Shown here one piece after another: positions 1-9,459 of a stretch of DNA of 64,000 nucleotides. The position numbers were made by a program, and so were the translations under genes. Source of the stretch: Acidimicrobiia bacterium (GTDB taxonomy: Bacteria; Actinomycetota; Acidimicrobiia; Spongiisociales; Spongiisociaceae); assembly GCA_041576165.1 (NCBI GenBank), contig JBFGLM010000015.1:25327-89326 (forward strand), read 5' to 3'. How positions within the stretch are numbered: the first letter of the stretch is position 1; each line of letters starts with the position of its first letter. Under the pieces are notes generated by a model, which was given only the letters and a program-made list of their open reading frames with translations, ran no database searches and had not been told where the DNA came from.

Positions 1-53
1 ACCCGCGCCCAGCGTCCCAGGCCCACCGACGCCAGCCGCACCGGATCACTCAT
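1..53 (-). CDS. 5' end of probable Gfo/Idh/MocA-family oxidoreductase (runs off window)
   Basis: ATG at 53 behind AAGGGGAG RBS; MSDPVRLASVGLGRWAR is a Rossmann-start motif typical of this family; only 17 codons visible. Confidence 0.5.
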   Translation of the reverse strand, partial: MSDPVRLASVGLGRWAR

Positions 54-75
54 CTCACTGTTCTCCCCTTGCTAG

Positions 76-447
76 TCATTGGTCTCTGACCACAGGAATG
101 TCCGTTTCCACGAGGTTGGCGGCTAGGTCTGGGTGGGGGAAGAAACACATGAGCCGCATGGTTTGGCCGACGTCGGGCACCGTCGCATGGGCTGCACCAG
201 CTGGAACCAAAACAACATCACCCGCCTCCACCGGATGCCGTTTTCCATCCACCCAGACACAGCCAGTCCCGGATATGACATAGATGACTTCCTCACTGTG
301 AGGATGGCGGTGAGCGGTGCGGTCGGCCTCCCGGCGGAGTTCGACCAAACGCCCCGATGATTGCGTAGCCAGTCCGGCCAGGGGGTCTGCCGTGCGGCGG
401 CCCGGCATGTCGACGAATTCCTGATCTATAGCTCTCGAAACCGTCAT
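76..447 (-). CDS. Cupin domain protein
   Basis: HRHPHSEEVIYVISG and GDVVLVPAGAAH cupin motifs; overlaps upstream stop. Confidence 0.85.
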   Translation of the reverse strand: MTVSRAIDQEFVDMPGRRTADPLAGLATQSSGRLVELRREADRTAHRHPHSEEVIYVISGTGCVWVDGKRHPVEAGDVVLVPAGAAHATVPDVGQTMRLMCFFPHPDLAANLVETDIPVVRDQ

Positions 448-1202
448 GACCGGCGCAACTCGAAGATTCCATGGACCTGTTTCACGACCTCGGTCGCGAC
501 CGTAGTCGCGAACTCGGCCGCCAGCGTCTCGACCGCCCAGGACGGGTCCCCATACCAGCCCTCGGCGTCGATCTCGGTGACGTCGGTGATGTAGCCGTAC
601 ACCTCATGGCCCCGCCGCATCTCATCCAGCGCCGCGGCCATGACCGGTCGAGTCGCCTTGCCTGCTCGGTCGACGTGGACCAGAGCGGGGTCGTGAGCCA
701 TCACGGCCAGGACCTCGATGCCACCGCCATGGGTCAATTCACCTCCGCGGGCCGCATAGACCCGTTGCGCGGTGTAACAGGCGTGGGCGGTGGCGATATA
801 TACACCGTTGTGCCGGTCCTGGACCTCGGTCGCGACACTGTCGATGGACGCGATATTGCCCTCGTGCCAGTTGACGAAGACGAAATAGCGGATGCCCATC
901 GCCGCGAGCTCGGCACAAATATCGGTGAGCAGTGCCTCGAAGGTCGCGCGGCGAAGATTGATGGTTCCTGGATGGCCGGCGTGGATCGGCGTGATGCCGT
1001 ACGGGCCGAACGGCACGAACAGCGCGTGCATCTCGTCCGCTACTGCGGCGCCGACGAGCTCGGCTGCGATGGTGTCCGTGCCGTTCGGGAGGTGCGGTCC
1101 GTGTTGTTCGATGCTGCCGAACGGGATGACGGCGGTGGCAGACCGCGCAATCAGTTCGGCCACCTCCGGGCTGGTCAGATTCGAGATCGAGCGTCCGCTC
1201 AT
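444..1202 (-). CDS. Creatininase / creatinine amidohydrolase family protein
   Basis: PFGSIEQHGPHLPNGTD, VNWHEGN and HGGGIE metal-binding motifs. Confidence 0.88.
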   Translation of the reverse strand: MSGRSISNLTSPEVAELIARSATAVIPFGSIEQHGPHLPNGTDTIAAELVGAAVADEMHALFVPFGPYGITPIHAGHPGTINLRRATFEALLTDICAELAAMGIRYFVFVNWHEGNIASIDSVATEVQDRHNGVYIATAHACYTAQRVYAARGGELTHGGGIEVLAVMAHDPALVHVDRAGKATRPVMAAALDEMRRGHEVYGYITDVTEIDAEGWYGDPSWAVETLAAEFATTVATEVVKQVHGIFELRRS

Positions 1203-1361
1203 CGGGGGCCCGCCGACACCTTCGCCGGCGCCCGGCCGCTGATCGGGCGTCGTACCGTTCGGTTGGCCTGATAGTCGAGCGGCAGCTCGATGTGGCAGGT
1301 AGTGGCTGGTTTCACCCAGATTCCTCCCGTGTGCGGACCGCCGCCGGGTTGCGGACGGTCT

Positions 1362-1375
1362 CGCAATCGATTGCA
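1362..1375. promoter_or_regulatory. LacI-type operator copy 1 (CGCAATCGATTGCA)
   Basis: Palindrome in the intergenic region upstream of the creatininase operon; motif recurs six times. Confidence 0.7.
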
Positions 1376-1396
1376 GACTGCGGTGCTGAGGCTACC

Positions 1397-2419
1397 TCAT
1401 GGGACCAGCACGTCGCGCCCCACGACGGTACCCGCGAGCAGTCGGTTGAACGCACGGTCGACCTCGTCGAGTCCGAACACCTGGTCGACGACGGGGCCGA
1501 TATGACCGTCCAGGACCAGCCGGACCGTCTGCACGATCTCTTGCACGGAGACGTTGCGAGAGCCGAGGATCTCCCACTCGTTGCGGTACACCTCGTGAGG
1601 GTCAACCTGCCACACGCTTCCCGAGTGGGACCCAACCACCACCATCCGGCCGCCCTTGGTCAGGGATGCCAGCGTCTCGGACATGGTGGCCGGACCCACC
1701 AACTCGAGGACCGCATCCACCCCGACGCCGCCGGTCCACTCGCGGGCCGCCTCGGTGATCGAACCGTCCTCAGGACGATGTATCGCCACGGCGCCCAACT
1801 CCCGTGCTCGCTGTAAACGGACGCCGGACACGTCGACCGCCATCACCTCGGCCCCCAGGTGCCGGGCGACTTGGACGGCGTGAAGACCCACGCCACCGCC
1901 CGCCCCGGTGACGATCAGCCGCTCTCCCGGGCGGATGCGCATGCGCGCCCCGAGGGCGTGTACCGCAGTGCCGATGACATTGGTGATGAGGGCCCCGGCC
2001 TCGAAACCAATCTGGTCCGGCAGGCGTACGAGGTTGCGCGCGGGCAACACCAGTTCGTCGGCGTACCCCCCCGGGATATCCAAGCCCACGTGACCTCGAA
2101 ACTCCTGGCAAATCGTCTCCCGGCCGCTCACACAACGGTCGCATGTGCCGCACACCAGATACAACGAAGCTACGACCCGGTGCCCGGCTCGCCACGACGC
2201 CACGTCGTCGTGCACTGCTGAAATCTCCCCGGCAATCTCATGACCCAGGATCAGCGGCACGCGGGCCCGGGGCCGCTTGCCGGCGGCGATCTCCACGTCG
2301 AACCGATCCACCCCGCAGGCACCCACCCGGACCCGTGCCTCGCCCGGGCCGGGCTCGGGTCTCGGCACGTCCTCGACCCTGGGGAATTCTCCAAACGTTC
2401 TAAGTACTGCGGCGCGCAT
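1397..2419 (-). CDS. Zinc-binding alcohol dehydrogenase (MDR family)
   Basis: ACGVD, GHEIAG, CGTCDRCVSGRETIC structural Zn site, GAGGGVG NAD(P) motif. Confidence 0.9.
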   Translation of the reverse strand: MRAAVLRTFGEFPRVEDVPRPEPGPGEARVRVGACGVDRFDVEIAAGKRPRARVPLILGHEIAGEISAVHDDVASWRAGHRVVASLYLVCGTCDRCVSGRETICQEFRGHVGLDIPGGYADELVLPARNLVRLPDQIGFEAGALITNVIGTAVHALGARMRIRPGERLIVTGAGGGVGLHAVQVARHLGAEVMAVDVSGVRLQRARELGAVAIHRPEDGSITEAAREWTGGVGVDAVLELVGPATMSETLASLTKGGRMVVVGSHSGSVWQVDPHEVYRNEWEILGSRNVSVQEIVQTVRLVLDGHIGPVVDQVFGLDEVDRAFNRLLAGTVVGRDVLVP

Positions 2420-2504
2420 CCACCACCTCGACCTGCCTTGTGAGCCCCGAAGCTATCGCATCCGACGCCGTGCCACACTGGGTCGAGCTCGAGTGGAGAT
2501 ACGA

Positions 2505-2912
2505 ATGCAAGTAGAGGTGCACCAAATCGAAGGACGGCGGTTGACAATCCAGGCCCGCGGCGTGGAGACCATCGTTGACGACACCGTCGCCGACGGCGGT
2601 CCGGGCGACGGCTTCCGGCCGACAGAGCTACTGCTCGGTGGCCTGGGCGCGTGCATGATCGGCACCATGCTCACTTTCGCCCGGAATCAGAACATCATGA
2701 TCCACGGGGTGAGCATGACCCTCGAGGATGAGGCAAGCGAGCATCCGGAACGGATCGGTCGCATTCGGATCGCGATGACCGTGCGGGCAGACGCCACCGA
2801 CCGCCAGGTGGCTGCACTAGAGCGGGTGGCCCAGGCCTGTAAGATCCACAACACGCTCGAACGACCACCGCGCTTCGAGTTCGACTTCCACGTGCGCCGT
2901 GACGTCGCATAA
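2505..2912 (+). CDS. OsmC family protein
   Basis: Start reassigned to ATG 2505 behind GGAG; GFRPTELLLGGLGAC...ACKIHNTL two-Cys OsmC/YhfA pattern. Confidence 0.85.
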   Translation: MQVEVHQIEGRRLTIQARGVETIVDDTVADGGPGDGFRPTELLLGGLGACMIGTMLTFARNQNIMIHGVSMTLEDEASEHPERIGRIRIAMTVRADATDRQVAALERVAQACKIHNTLERPPRFEFDFHVRRDVA

Positions 2913-3747
2913 CCCGGTCGTATCGCCGGATTGGTTGGAGGCCCGGCTCGGCGACCCAGATCTGGCCATCCTCGAGATCTCCCGCTACCAGCCCGACGAA
3001 GCGGCGTATTTCCGAGGCCACATCCCGGGTGCTCGCTACGTGTTTTGGAAGGACTTCTGCTGGGACGACACCGAGCGCCAGTTCCCGACTGCGACCGAGA
3101 TGGCCAGGCGACTGTCTGCGCTGGGCGTCGGGGATGGGACCCGACTGGTTCTGGTTGGCGACACTATTCAGTTCGCGACCTACCCCTACTGGGTCCTGAC
3201 CATGACCGGCCAGGAGCGGGATGTGTTCGTGCTGGACGGGGGGCATCAGACCTGGGAGATGGAGCAACGGCCTTCGATTCTGGACGTTCCGCCGGATCCC
3301 ATCGCCCGTTCTCGTTCCCCGGGCGACGAGGACTGGTCATCACGCATCGGGCGCGACGAGGTGCTGGCCGGCATCGGCCGGGCGGATCGGATGCTGCTCG
3401 ACCTCCGCTCATCCGAGGAGTACCGCGGTGAGCGGGTTTCCCCGACGTCGATGGCATTCGATCACGGGGCCGAACGAAAGGGCCGGATCCCCGGCGCCCG
3501 CCATCTGTACTACGAGCGTCTTCTGTCGGCGACGGGTACGTTCAAGCAGCCGTCCGATGTCGAGGTCGAACTGGCGGCCGCCGGGGTCGGCCCCGACGCA
3601 GAAATCGTCACGTACTGCCGACTCAGCCATCGCGCTTCGTTGGGCTGGTTGGTCCTCACACGGATCCTGCGCCGGTCCGGCGTGCGGGTGTATGACGGCT
3701 CCTGGACCGAATGGGGGTCAATGGTGGGCATGCCGATTGAGCGGTAG
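2899..3747 (+). CDS. Thiosulfate/mercaptopyruvate sulfurtransferase (tandem rhodanese)
   Basis: GHIPGA, GRIPGA, active site YCRLSHRAS, C-terminal YDGSWTEW signature. Confidence 0.92.
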   Translation: MTSHNPVVSPDWLEARLGDPDLAILEISRYQPDEAAYFRGHIPGARYVFWKDFCWDDTERQFPTATEMARRLSALGVGDGTRLVLVGDTIQFATYPYWVLTMTGQERDVFVLDGGHQTWEMEQRPSILDVPPDPIARSRSPGDEDWSSRIGRDEVLAGIGRADRMLLDLRSSEEYRGERVSPTSMAFDHGAERKGRIPGARHLYYERLLSATGTFKQPSDVEVELAAAGVGPDAEIVTYCRLSHRASLGWLVLTRILRRSGVRVYDGSWTEWGSMVGMPIER

Positions 3748-3872
3748 CCTTCCGGCGGCCGGCCGGCCCGTCCGGATCCGACTGCGGGAACGAACCGCAG
3801 AACCGGTACGATGGGCGCGTCGTTCCCGGACACCATTCGGTGCAACGTCGTCCCAATACACGCGAGGCGCAC

Positions 3873-5216
3873 ATGAGCACGTGGACACCTAGTTCATGGA
3901 TGGAAAAGACGGCGTTGCAGCAGCCGCTGTACGCCGACGAGGTCCGAGTCAAGCAGGTGGTCGAGGAACTCTCGCAGCTACCCCCACTGGTCACCTCGTG
4001 GGAGATCGAGTCGCTCAAGGAACAGTTGGCGGCCGCCGCCCACGGCGAATCGTTTCTGCTGCAAGGCGGAGACTGCGCCGAGAGCTTCAGCCGCTGCGAC
4101 AGCGATACGATCACCGGGCAGATCAAGATCCTGCTCCAGACCAGCCTGGTCCTCGCCCACGGCACCAAACGCCCGGTTGTACGGGTCGGCCGGATCGCCG
4201 GCCAATACGCCAAGCCGCGCAGCGCCGACACGGAATCGCGCGGCGAGCTCACGTTGCCCACCTACCGGGGCGACTTGTTCAATCGTTCACCGTTCACCAG
4301 CGACGACCGCCAGCCCGACCCGGAGCTGTTGCTACGGGGGTACGAACGGGCCGCGCTCACGCTCAATTTCATCCGCAGCTTGGTCGACGGCGGATTCGCC
4401 GACCTGCATCATCCCGAGTACTGGGACCTCGACTTCATGCGCCATTCGCCTATGCGCTTCCGCTACGAAGCGATCGTGGAAAATGTGCGAGATTCGATTG
4501 AGTTTCTCGAAAACGTGCTCGGCGCACCGATGGGCAACGTACAACGCGTTGAGATCTTCACCAGCCATGAGGGTCTGTCCCTCCTCTACGAGTATGCCCA
4601 GACCCGCCAAGTGCCCCGACGGGAGGGGTACTACAACCTGTCTACGCACTTCCCCTGGATCGGGATGCGCACGGCGCATACGGACGGGGCACATGTCGAG
4701 TATTTCCGGGGGATCCGCAACCCGATAGCCGTGAAAGTCGGTCCGAGCATGACACCGGAATGGCTGACCGAGCTGATCGAGATCTTGCATCCGGATGACG
4801 AGCCCGGCCGGTTGACGCTGATCCAACGCTTCGGGGCCGACCAGGTGCGGGAAAAGCTCCCTCCGCTGATCGAGGCGGTTCGCGCGACCGGCAAGACCGT
4901 CTTGTGGTGCAGCGATCCAATGCACGGCAACACCGAAACAACCGCCGACGGCCTCAAGACCCGGCGGTTCGACCGGATTCTGTCCGAGCTAACCGACGCG
5001 TTCGAGGTTCACGCCGAGATGGGCAGCGAACTGAACGGTGTCCACTTCGAGATGACGGGCGCCAACGTCACCGAATGCGTTGGCGGCGCCCGCGGGCTGG
5101 CCGAACAGGACCTGTCCCGCGCGTATCAGTCGCCCGTCGATCCCCGGCTCAACTACGAACAGGCCATGGAGATGGCGATGCTGGTGGCGCACGAGCTACG
5201 CACTACCGGCCGCTGA
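3873..5216 (+). CDS. aroG: Class II DAHP synthase
   Basis: FLLQGGDCAESF, GRIAGQYAKPRS, DPMHGNT, DPRLN class II motifs; start ATG 3873. Confidence 0.95.
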   Translation: MSTWTPSSWMEKTALQQPLYADEVRVKQVVEELSQLPPLVTSWEIESLKEQLAAAAHGESFLLQGGDCAESFSRCDSDTITGQIKILLQTSLVLAHGTKRPVVRVGRIAGQYAKPRSADTESRGELTLPTYRGDLFNRSPFTSDDRQPDPELLLRGYERAALTLNFIRSLVDGGFADLHHPEYWDLDFMRHSPMRFRYEAIVENVRDSIEFLENVLGAPMGNVQRVEIFTSHEGLSLLYEYAQTRQVPRREGYYNLSTHFPWIGMRTAHTDGAHVEYFRGIRNPIAVKVGPSMTPEWLTELIEILHPDDEPGRLTLIQRFGADQVREKLPPLIEAVRATGKTVLWCSDPMHGNTETTADGLKTRRFDRILSELTDAFEVHAEMGSELNGVHFEMTGANVTECVGGARGLAEQDLSRAYQSPVDPRLNYEQAMEMAMLVAHELRTTGR

Positions 5217-5268
5217 AGGCGGTCCCCGGCATGCCCCGCTGTGAGCAACGAGTCCCTGCGGCTCGACG

Positions 5269-7233
5269 TTACAGTCGGTCGCCGTGTGCGATCGTCACCG
5301 GCTCGCTCACCCCATGTGGGTCGAACCCGAACACCTGCCCGTAAAAGGACAGCTCGGCGTTCAGCACCGAGATGATGGTCTCGGCTTTGCGGAACCCGTG
5401 CTGTTCCCCCTCGAAGGCCAGGTAGGCGTGCGGGATGCCCTTGGCGTCCAAAGCTGCAACGATCCGCTCCGACTGGTTCGGTAGCACGATCGCATCTTCC
5501 AACCCCTGAAAAGTGATCAGGGGGCAGGAGAATCCGTCCACGTGGTTGATCGGCGAGCGGGCGTCGTAGACGTCCTTGGCGTCCGGCCACGGTCCGACCA
5601 GCTTGTCCAGGTAACGGCTCTCGAACTTGTGGGTCTCCTCCGCCAAACCGCCCAGATCGGACACACCGAAATGGTTTGCACCCGCCCGGAATGTGTCGGT
5701 GGTGGTCAGGGCGGCGAGGGTGGTGAAACCGCCGGCACTGCCGCCTCGAATCGCCATACGGGCACCATCCACGAAGCCCTTGCGCGAGAGGTATTCAGCT
5801 GCCGCGCAACAGTCCTCTACATCCACCACGCCCCAGTTTCCGTCGAGCAGCTTGCGATAGGTTCTTCCGTAGCCGGTGGACCCGCCGTAGTCGACATCGA
5901 CGACGGCGAATCCGCGGGACGTCCAGAATTGCGTGGCGAGGTTGAACGACGACCGGGCCGCGCTCGTCGGCCCGCCGTGGCTCATCACGATCAACGGCGG
6001 CAGCTCGTCTTCAGGTCCCTCGACTTCGGCATGGGCGGGCGGATAGAAGTAGGCGTGGGCCGATCGTCCTCCGGCCGACAGAAAAGCGATCGGCTCCGGC
6101 CGGCTGATCATGTCCGGGTCGAGACCGAGATCTCGGCTCTTGCGTAGAACTTGGTGCTGGGCGTGGCTGGCAACCGTCGAAAGCCGGACCACCTCGGGCT
6201 CGTGATGCGTTGACTCCGCCACGGCCACGACGGTTTGACCGGCGACTCGCAGATTCCGGAGCGAAACATATGGGAGGATCCAGGCCTGGAGCTCCCCGCC
6301 CATTGGATCGATCCGACCCAGCCGAGCCCGGCCCCGTTCGGTCCAGGTGAGGATGATGTGCCCGTCGGGCTTGGTGAACCCGAACGTCGATGTACTGAAT
6401 GTCCAGGCGGGCCCGCCGATCTCGGCGTCGAGCTTGACCATCGGCGTCAACGAGTCGACGCCCTCAACCTTGTAGATGTTCCACCAGTCGGACTGGTCCG
6501 AGATCACGTAGAGAATCCCGTGCCGGCCCCATTCCGGCTGCATGACGGACTCGCCGGTTCCGCCGGCGACTCGCCGCGGCCCGCCAACCGATACGACGCC
6601 GCCCCGGCATTTCATGGAGGCGATCCACAGCTCGGTGTCGTCCCAGGGCATGTTGGGGTGATCCCATGTGATCCACGCCAGCTGGCGGCCGTCGGGGCTG
6701 GGACGGGGTGACGAGACGAAGTCGCGTCCGGTGATCAGCACGATCGGGTCGCGTGAACCGTCGGCGGCCACCGCCACGATCTCGTTCCGGGCCTCATCCC
6801 CGGTCGTGTGGTCCTCCCGCACGCAGACGATGCAGCTGCCGTCCAGCGTCACACGTCCGTCTGCGTACCGCCATCCGTGCGGTACCGGCGGTTCCGGCGT
6901 GATCGGTTGTGGGGGTCCGTCCGGCGCCAACCGATACATACGCTGATCGTCCCAGTTGGTGAAATAGACGATGCCCCGGTCGACCCACCACGCTCCGCCG
7001 CCGTACTCGTGGACCCGGTTGCGTGCTGAGAATCCGTCGGGGAGCAGGTCGGTGCATTCCCCGTCCGGATCGCGCCGTACGATCTGAACCCGCCCGCCTT
7101 CTGATGGTCGGAGCTCTGACCACCAGACCGTTTCGCCTTCCTCCCAGGTGTCGGTGAGTGTTGCCGCCCCCTGTACGATCAGCTCCGGAGTGACAGGGGA
7201 CGGCCAGGATCCGTGTGGCAGGATGTCAGACAT
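5269..7233 (-). CDS. S9-family peptidase (acylaminoacyl/dipeptidyl peptidase-like)
   Basis: Start MSDILPHGSWPSP; HEYGGG, HGGPT, nucleophile GGSAGG, GEQHGFRK. Confidence 0.92.
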   Translation of the reverse strand: MSDILPHGSWPSPVTPELIVQGAATLTDTWEEGETVWWSELRPSEGGRVQIVRRDPDGECTDLLPDGFSARNRVHEYGGGAWWVDRGIVYFTNWDDQRMYRLAPDGPPQPITPEPPVPHGWRYADGRVTLDGSCIVCVREDHTTGDEARNEIVAVAADGSRDPIVLITGRDFVSSPRPSPDGRQLAWITWDHPNMPWDDTELWIASMKCRGGVVSVGGPRRVAGGTGESVMQPEWGRHGILYVISDQSDWWNIYKVEGVDSLTPMVKLDAEIGGPAWTFSTSTFGFTKPDGHIILTWTERGRARLGRIDPMGGELQAWILPYVSLRNLRVAGQTVVAVAESTHHEPEVVRLSTVASHAQHQVLRKSRDLGLDPDMISRPEPIAFLSAGGRSAHAYFYPPAHAEVEGPEDELPPLIVMSHGGPTSAARSSFNLATQFWTSRGFAVVDVDYGGSTGYGRTYRKLLDGNWGVVDVEDCCAAAEYLSRKGFVDGARMAIRGGSAGGFTTLAALTTTDTFRAGANHFGVSDLGGLAEETHKFESRYLDKLVGPWPDAKDVYDARSPINHVDGFSCPLITFQGLEDAIVLPNQSERIVAALDAKGIPHAYLAFEGEQHGFRKAETIISVLNAELSFYGQVFGFDPHGVSEPVTIAHGDRL

Positions 7234-7295
7234 GATGGGGAGGCTACCGTCACTGTGGCGCCTGTGGGCCGGTGGTTTTTGCCGAATTGGTCCAG

Positions 7296-7640
7296 TCAGG
7301 TCCCGAAATCCGGGAATCCGTGTGGTGCCACCGCCGCTCGGTACCTGGCCACGAAATCGGGCCAGGGCGTACCGTCGATGATCACATCGAGCGCTCGCGC
7401 GAAGTGCAACAGAAGGTACGGATGAGCGCCCATGGCGTAGAGGGCACCGTAGTCCCGCTCGATGAGCGCCCGGCGCTCGTCGATGGTCAGCACTCCCCCG
7501 TCCTCCACCGGTAGGCGGCCCGCCGCGCCGCGGGTCTCCCACTGTTGAACGAAGGTCTCGGGGTCGGCGTGGAACGTTTCAACCCGCGAGTCGTCATCAT
7601 CGACGTAGGTCATGAATTTGTTCACCTGATAGCGGCTCAC
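7296..7640 (-). CDS. Small LigA-like partner subunit of extradiol dioxygenase
   Basis: GTG start overlapping upstream TGA; SRYQVNKF...LTIDERRALIERDYGALYAMGAHPYLL resembles LigA-type subunits. Confidence 0.7.
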   Translation of the reverse strand: MSRYQVNKFMTYVDDDDSRVETFHADPETFVQQWETRGAAGRLPVEDGGVLTIDERRALIERDYGALYAMGAHPYLLLHFARALDVIIDGTPWPDFVARYRAAVAPHGFPDFGT

Positions 7641-8485
7641 CCGGGAACCTCCCAGAAGAAGAAAGGGGCGGCGGCAAACCGCGACGGGGTGCCATCCGCA
7701 ATGTCCGCTGGCATCCCATCTGCGGCGGCCAGCCCGGTGAGGAAATTCAGGAATTGAGGCGTCACGTTTCCTGCGGCAATCAGCCGCTCGATCGTGCAGC
7801 CGGCGATGGCCGCATCGAGGGTTCCGTGAGCCATCCACCCGACCGCCTGTGCATCGAACGCAGGATCCGGTGATTCACCACCGAGAAAACCTTTGGGGCC
7901 TCCGATATCCGTCGCCAGATGACCGGTTGTGACCAGTGCCACCCGGCGCTCGATCGGAGCGTCCGCGATCGCATCGCGTAGGTACGTGCCCAGGGTCGCG
8001 AACCGACGGGCGCGGGGAAGTGGCGGCATGTTGGTATTGGTGTGGATCGGCACCACCGGCAGATCCCATTCCGGACGCAGGAAAAGGGCCGGCATCGAGT
8101 AGGCATGGTCGAGGACCCAATCGTTGACCACCGAGAAGTCGACCAACTCGGGGAGTTCCAGGTCGCCCAACAGCAACGCCGCCAGCTCTGCGTCGCCCGG
8201 CAGCGACCAGGTCTCGAAGCCGAAGTGGCGGATCTCGTTGGGGTGGGTGGTTTCGTAGTGGTCGGAGGGGCCGATCGCGAATGCCGGGCTGTGATCGTGG
8301 CGGAACTGGCGGAAATGATCCGACGCCACCATCACCAGCGAGTCAACCCGCAGATCTCGCAACCGATGACGGAAGTCGGCGAAGTGTTCCATGGTGGATC
8401 GCAGATCCTCGGGGACCCCGCCGCGGGTCGCCCGATACATCAGAGGGTTGTGTGGCACCCCGCACACGGCGACCAGGCGGGCCAT
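7637..8485 (-). CDS. Class III (LigB-like) extradiol ring-cleavage dioxygenase subunit
   Basis: Start MARLVAVCGVPHNP coupled to upstream stop; SDHF, LDHA, PVVPIHTN motifs. Confidence 0.8.
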   Translation of the reverse strand: MARLVAVCGVPHNPLMYRATRGGVPEDLRSTMEHFADFRHRLRDLRVDSLVMVASDHFRQFRHDHSPAFAIGPSDHYETTHPNEIRHFGFETWSLPGDAELAALLLGDLELPELVDFSVVNDWVLDHAYSMPALFLRPEWDLPVVPIHTNTNMPPLPRARRFATLGTYLRDAIADAPIERRVALVTTGHLATDIGGPKGFLGGESPDPAFDAQAVGWMAHGTLDAAIAGCTIERLIAAGNVTPQFLNFLTGLAAADGMPADIADGTPSRFAAAPFFFWEVPG

Positions 8486-9459
8486 CAGGACACCTCGTGG
8501 ATGACGTGGCGGCCCAGCAGCTCGATCGACTCGTGCCAGCGGTCGAAGCTGAGCCGCAGATCGAACACCAGATGCTGCACCCCAACGGCGGCGAAGCGCT
8601 CGGTTTGGGCCGCCACGTCGTCCGGCGTTCCCACGATCAAGGAACCTTCGATGTCGGCCGCCGTTTCGAATACGCCTGAGGGCGGCTTCACCCACCACTT
8701 GCCGCGTTCGTTCGCCCACCGCAGCAGACCCTCCAGGCTGGTTCCTTCCCAGGCGGCTGCTTCCGACGTGGCAATGCTGGTCGGCGGCACCACGGCGACG
8801 GTCGGCATCGGCCGGCCGTTCTCAGCAGTCAGTTCCCGCATCTGCTGCACCCGACGCTCGATCGTTTTGAGGGTGATCCGGCCCGGCATCCATCCATCGC
8901 AATACTCTGCCGCCCGTCGGGCGGATGCAGGGGTCGCTCCCCCATACCAGAAGGGAATCTCACCGGCCGGTTTCGGGTAGAGCGATACGTGTTCGAACTG
9001 ATAGTGCTCGCCCCGGTAGGTCACATCGTCGGCTGCCCAGACAGCGGCGCAGACGGCCGCGGTCTCTTCTACCAGTTCCGGGCGGAAGATTCCGCCCAGG
9101 CCCACGGCTTCGAACTCGTGGTCGAAAGTGCCGGCCCCCCAGCCGGCGATTATCCGGGCACCGAGTACGTGTGTCATCGACGCCAGGGTGAACGCGGTGA
9201 CCAGCGGGTGCCGGTAGGGGATGAGCGTGGCCGTGCCAAGTGTGATCCGTTCGGTCACGGCTCCCACGGCCGTGAGCACCGTCAGCGGTTCGTAGAAATC
9301 CTTGTCGGCTGCCTCGAACTCGCCATGCGGTTCGAACAGAAGGTGGTCCCGCACCCAGACCGAATCGAATCCGGCCTGCTCTGCCTGGCGCGCCCCGGCG
9401 AGAATGCGCTCGCGGTCGGCGTACTTGCCAAAGTGCGGCAACAACAAGCCGAACTTCAT
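8485..9459 (-). CDS. LLM-class (luciferase-like, possibly F420-dependent) oxidoreductase
   Basis: MKFGLLLP, AEQAGFDSVWVRDH, EPLTVLTAVGAVTERITLGT, YCDGWMP. Confidence 0.9.
   Translation of the reverse strand: MKFGLLLPHFGKYADRERILAGARQAEQAGFDSVWVRDHLLFEPHGEFEAADKDFYEPLTVLTAVGAVTERITLGTATLIPYRHPLVTAFTLASMTHVLGARIIAGWGAGTFDHEFEAVGLGGIFRPELVEETAAVCAAVWAADDVTYRGEHYQFEHVSLYPKPAGEIPFWYGGATPASARRAAEYCDGWMPGRITLKTIERRVQQMRELTAENGRPMPTVAVVPPTSIATSEAAAWEGTSLEGLLRWANERGKWWVKPPSGVFETAADIEGSLIVGTPDDVAAQTERFAAVGVQHLVFDLRLSFDRWHESIELLGRHVIHEVS

Noticed and set aside
444-1202. Creatininase homolog as mycofactocin peptidase MftE
   Set aside because: No mftA/B/C/D/F genes in the window
3810-3876. Short ORF overlapping the DAHP synthase start as a possible attenuator leader
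   Set aside because: Only one aromatic codon and no terminator/antiterminator structure seen
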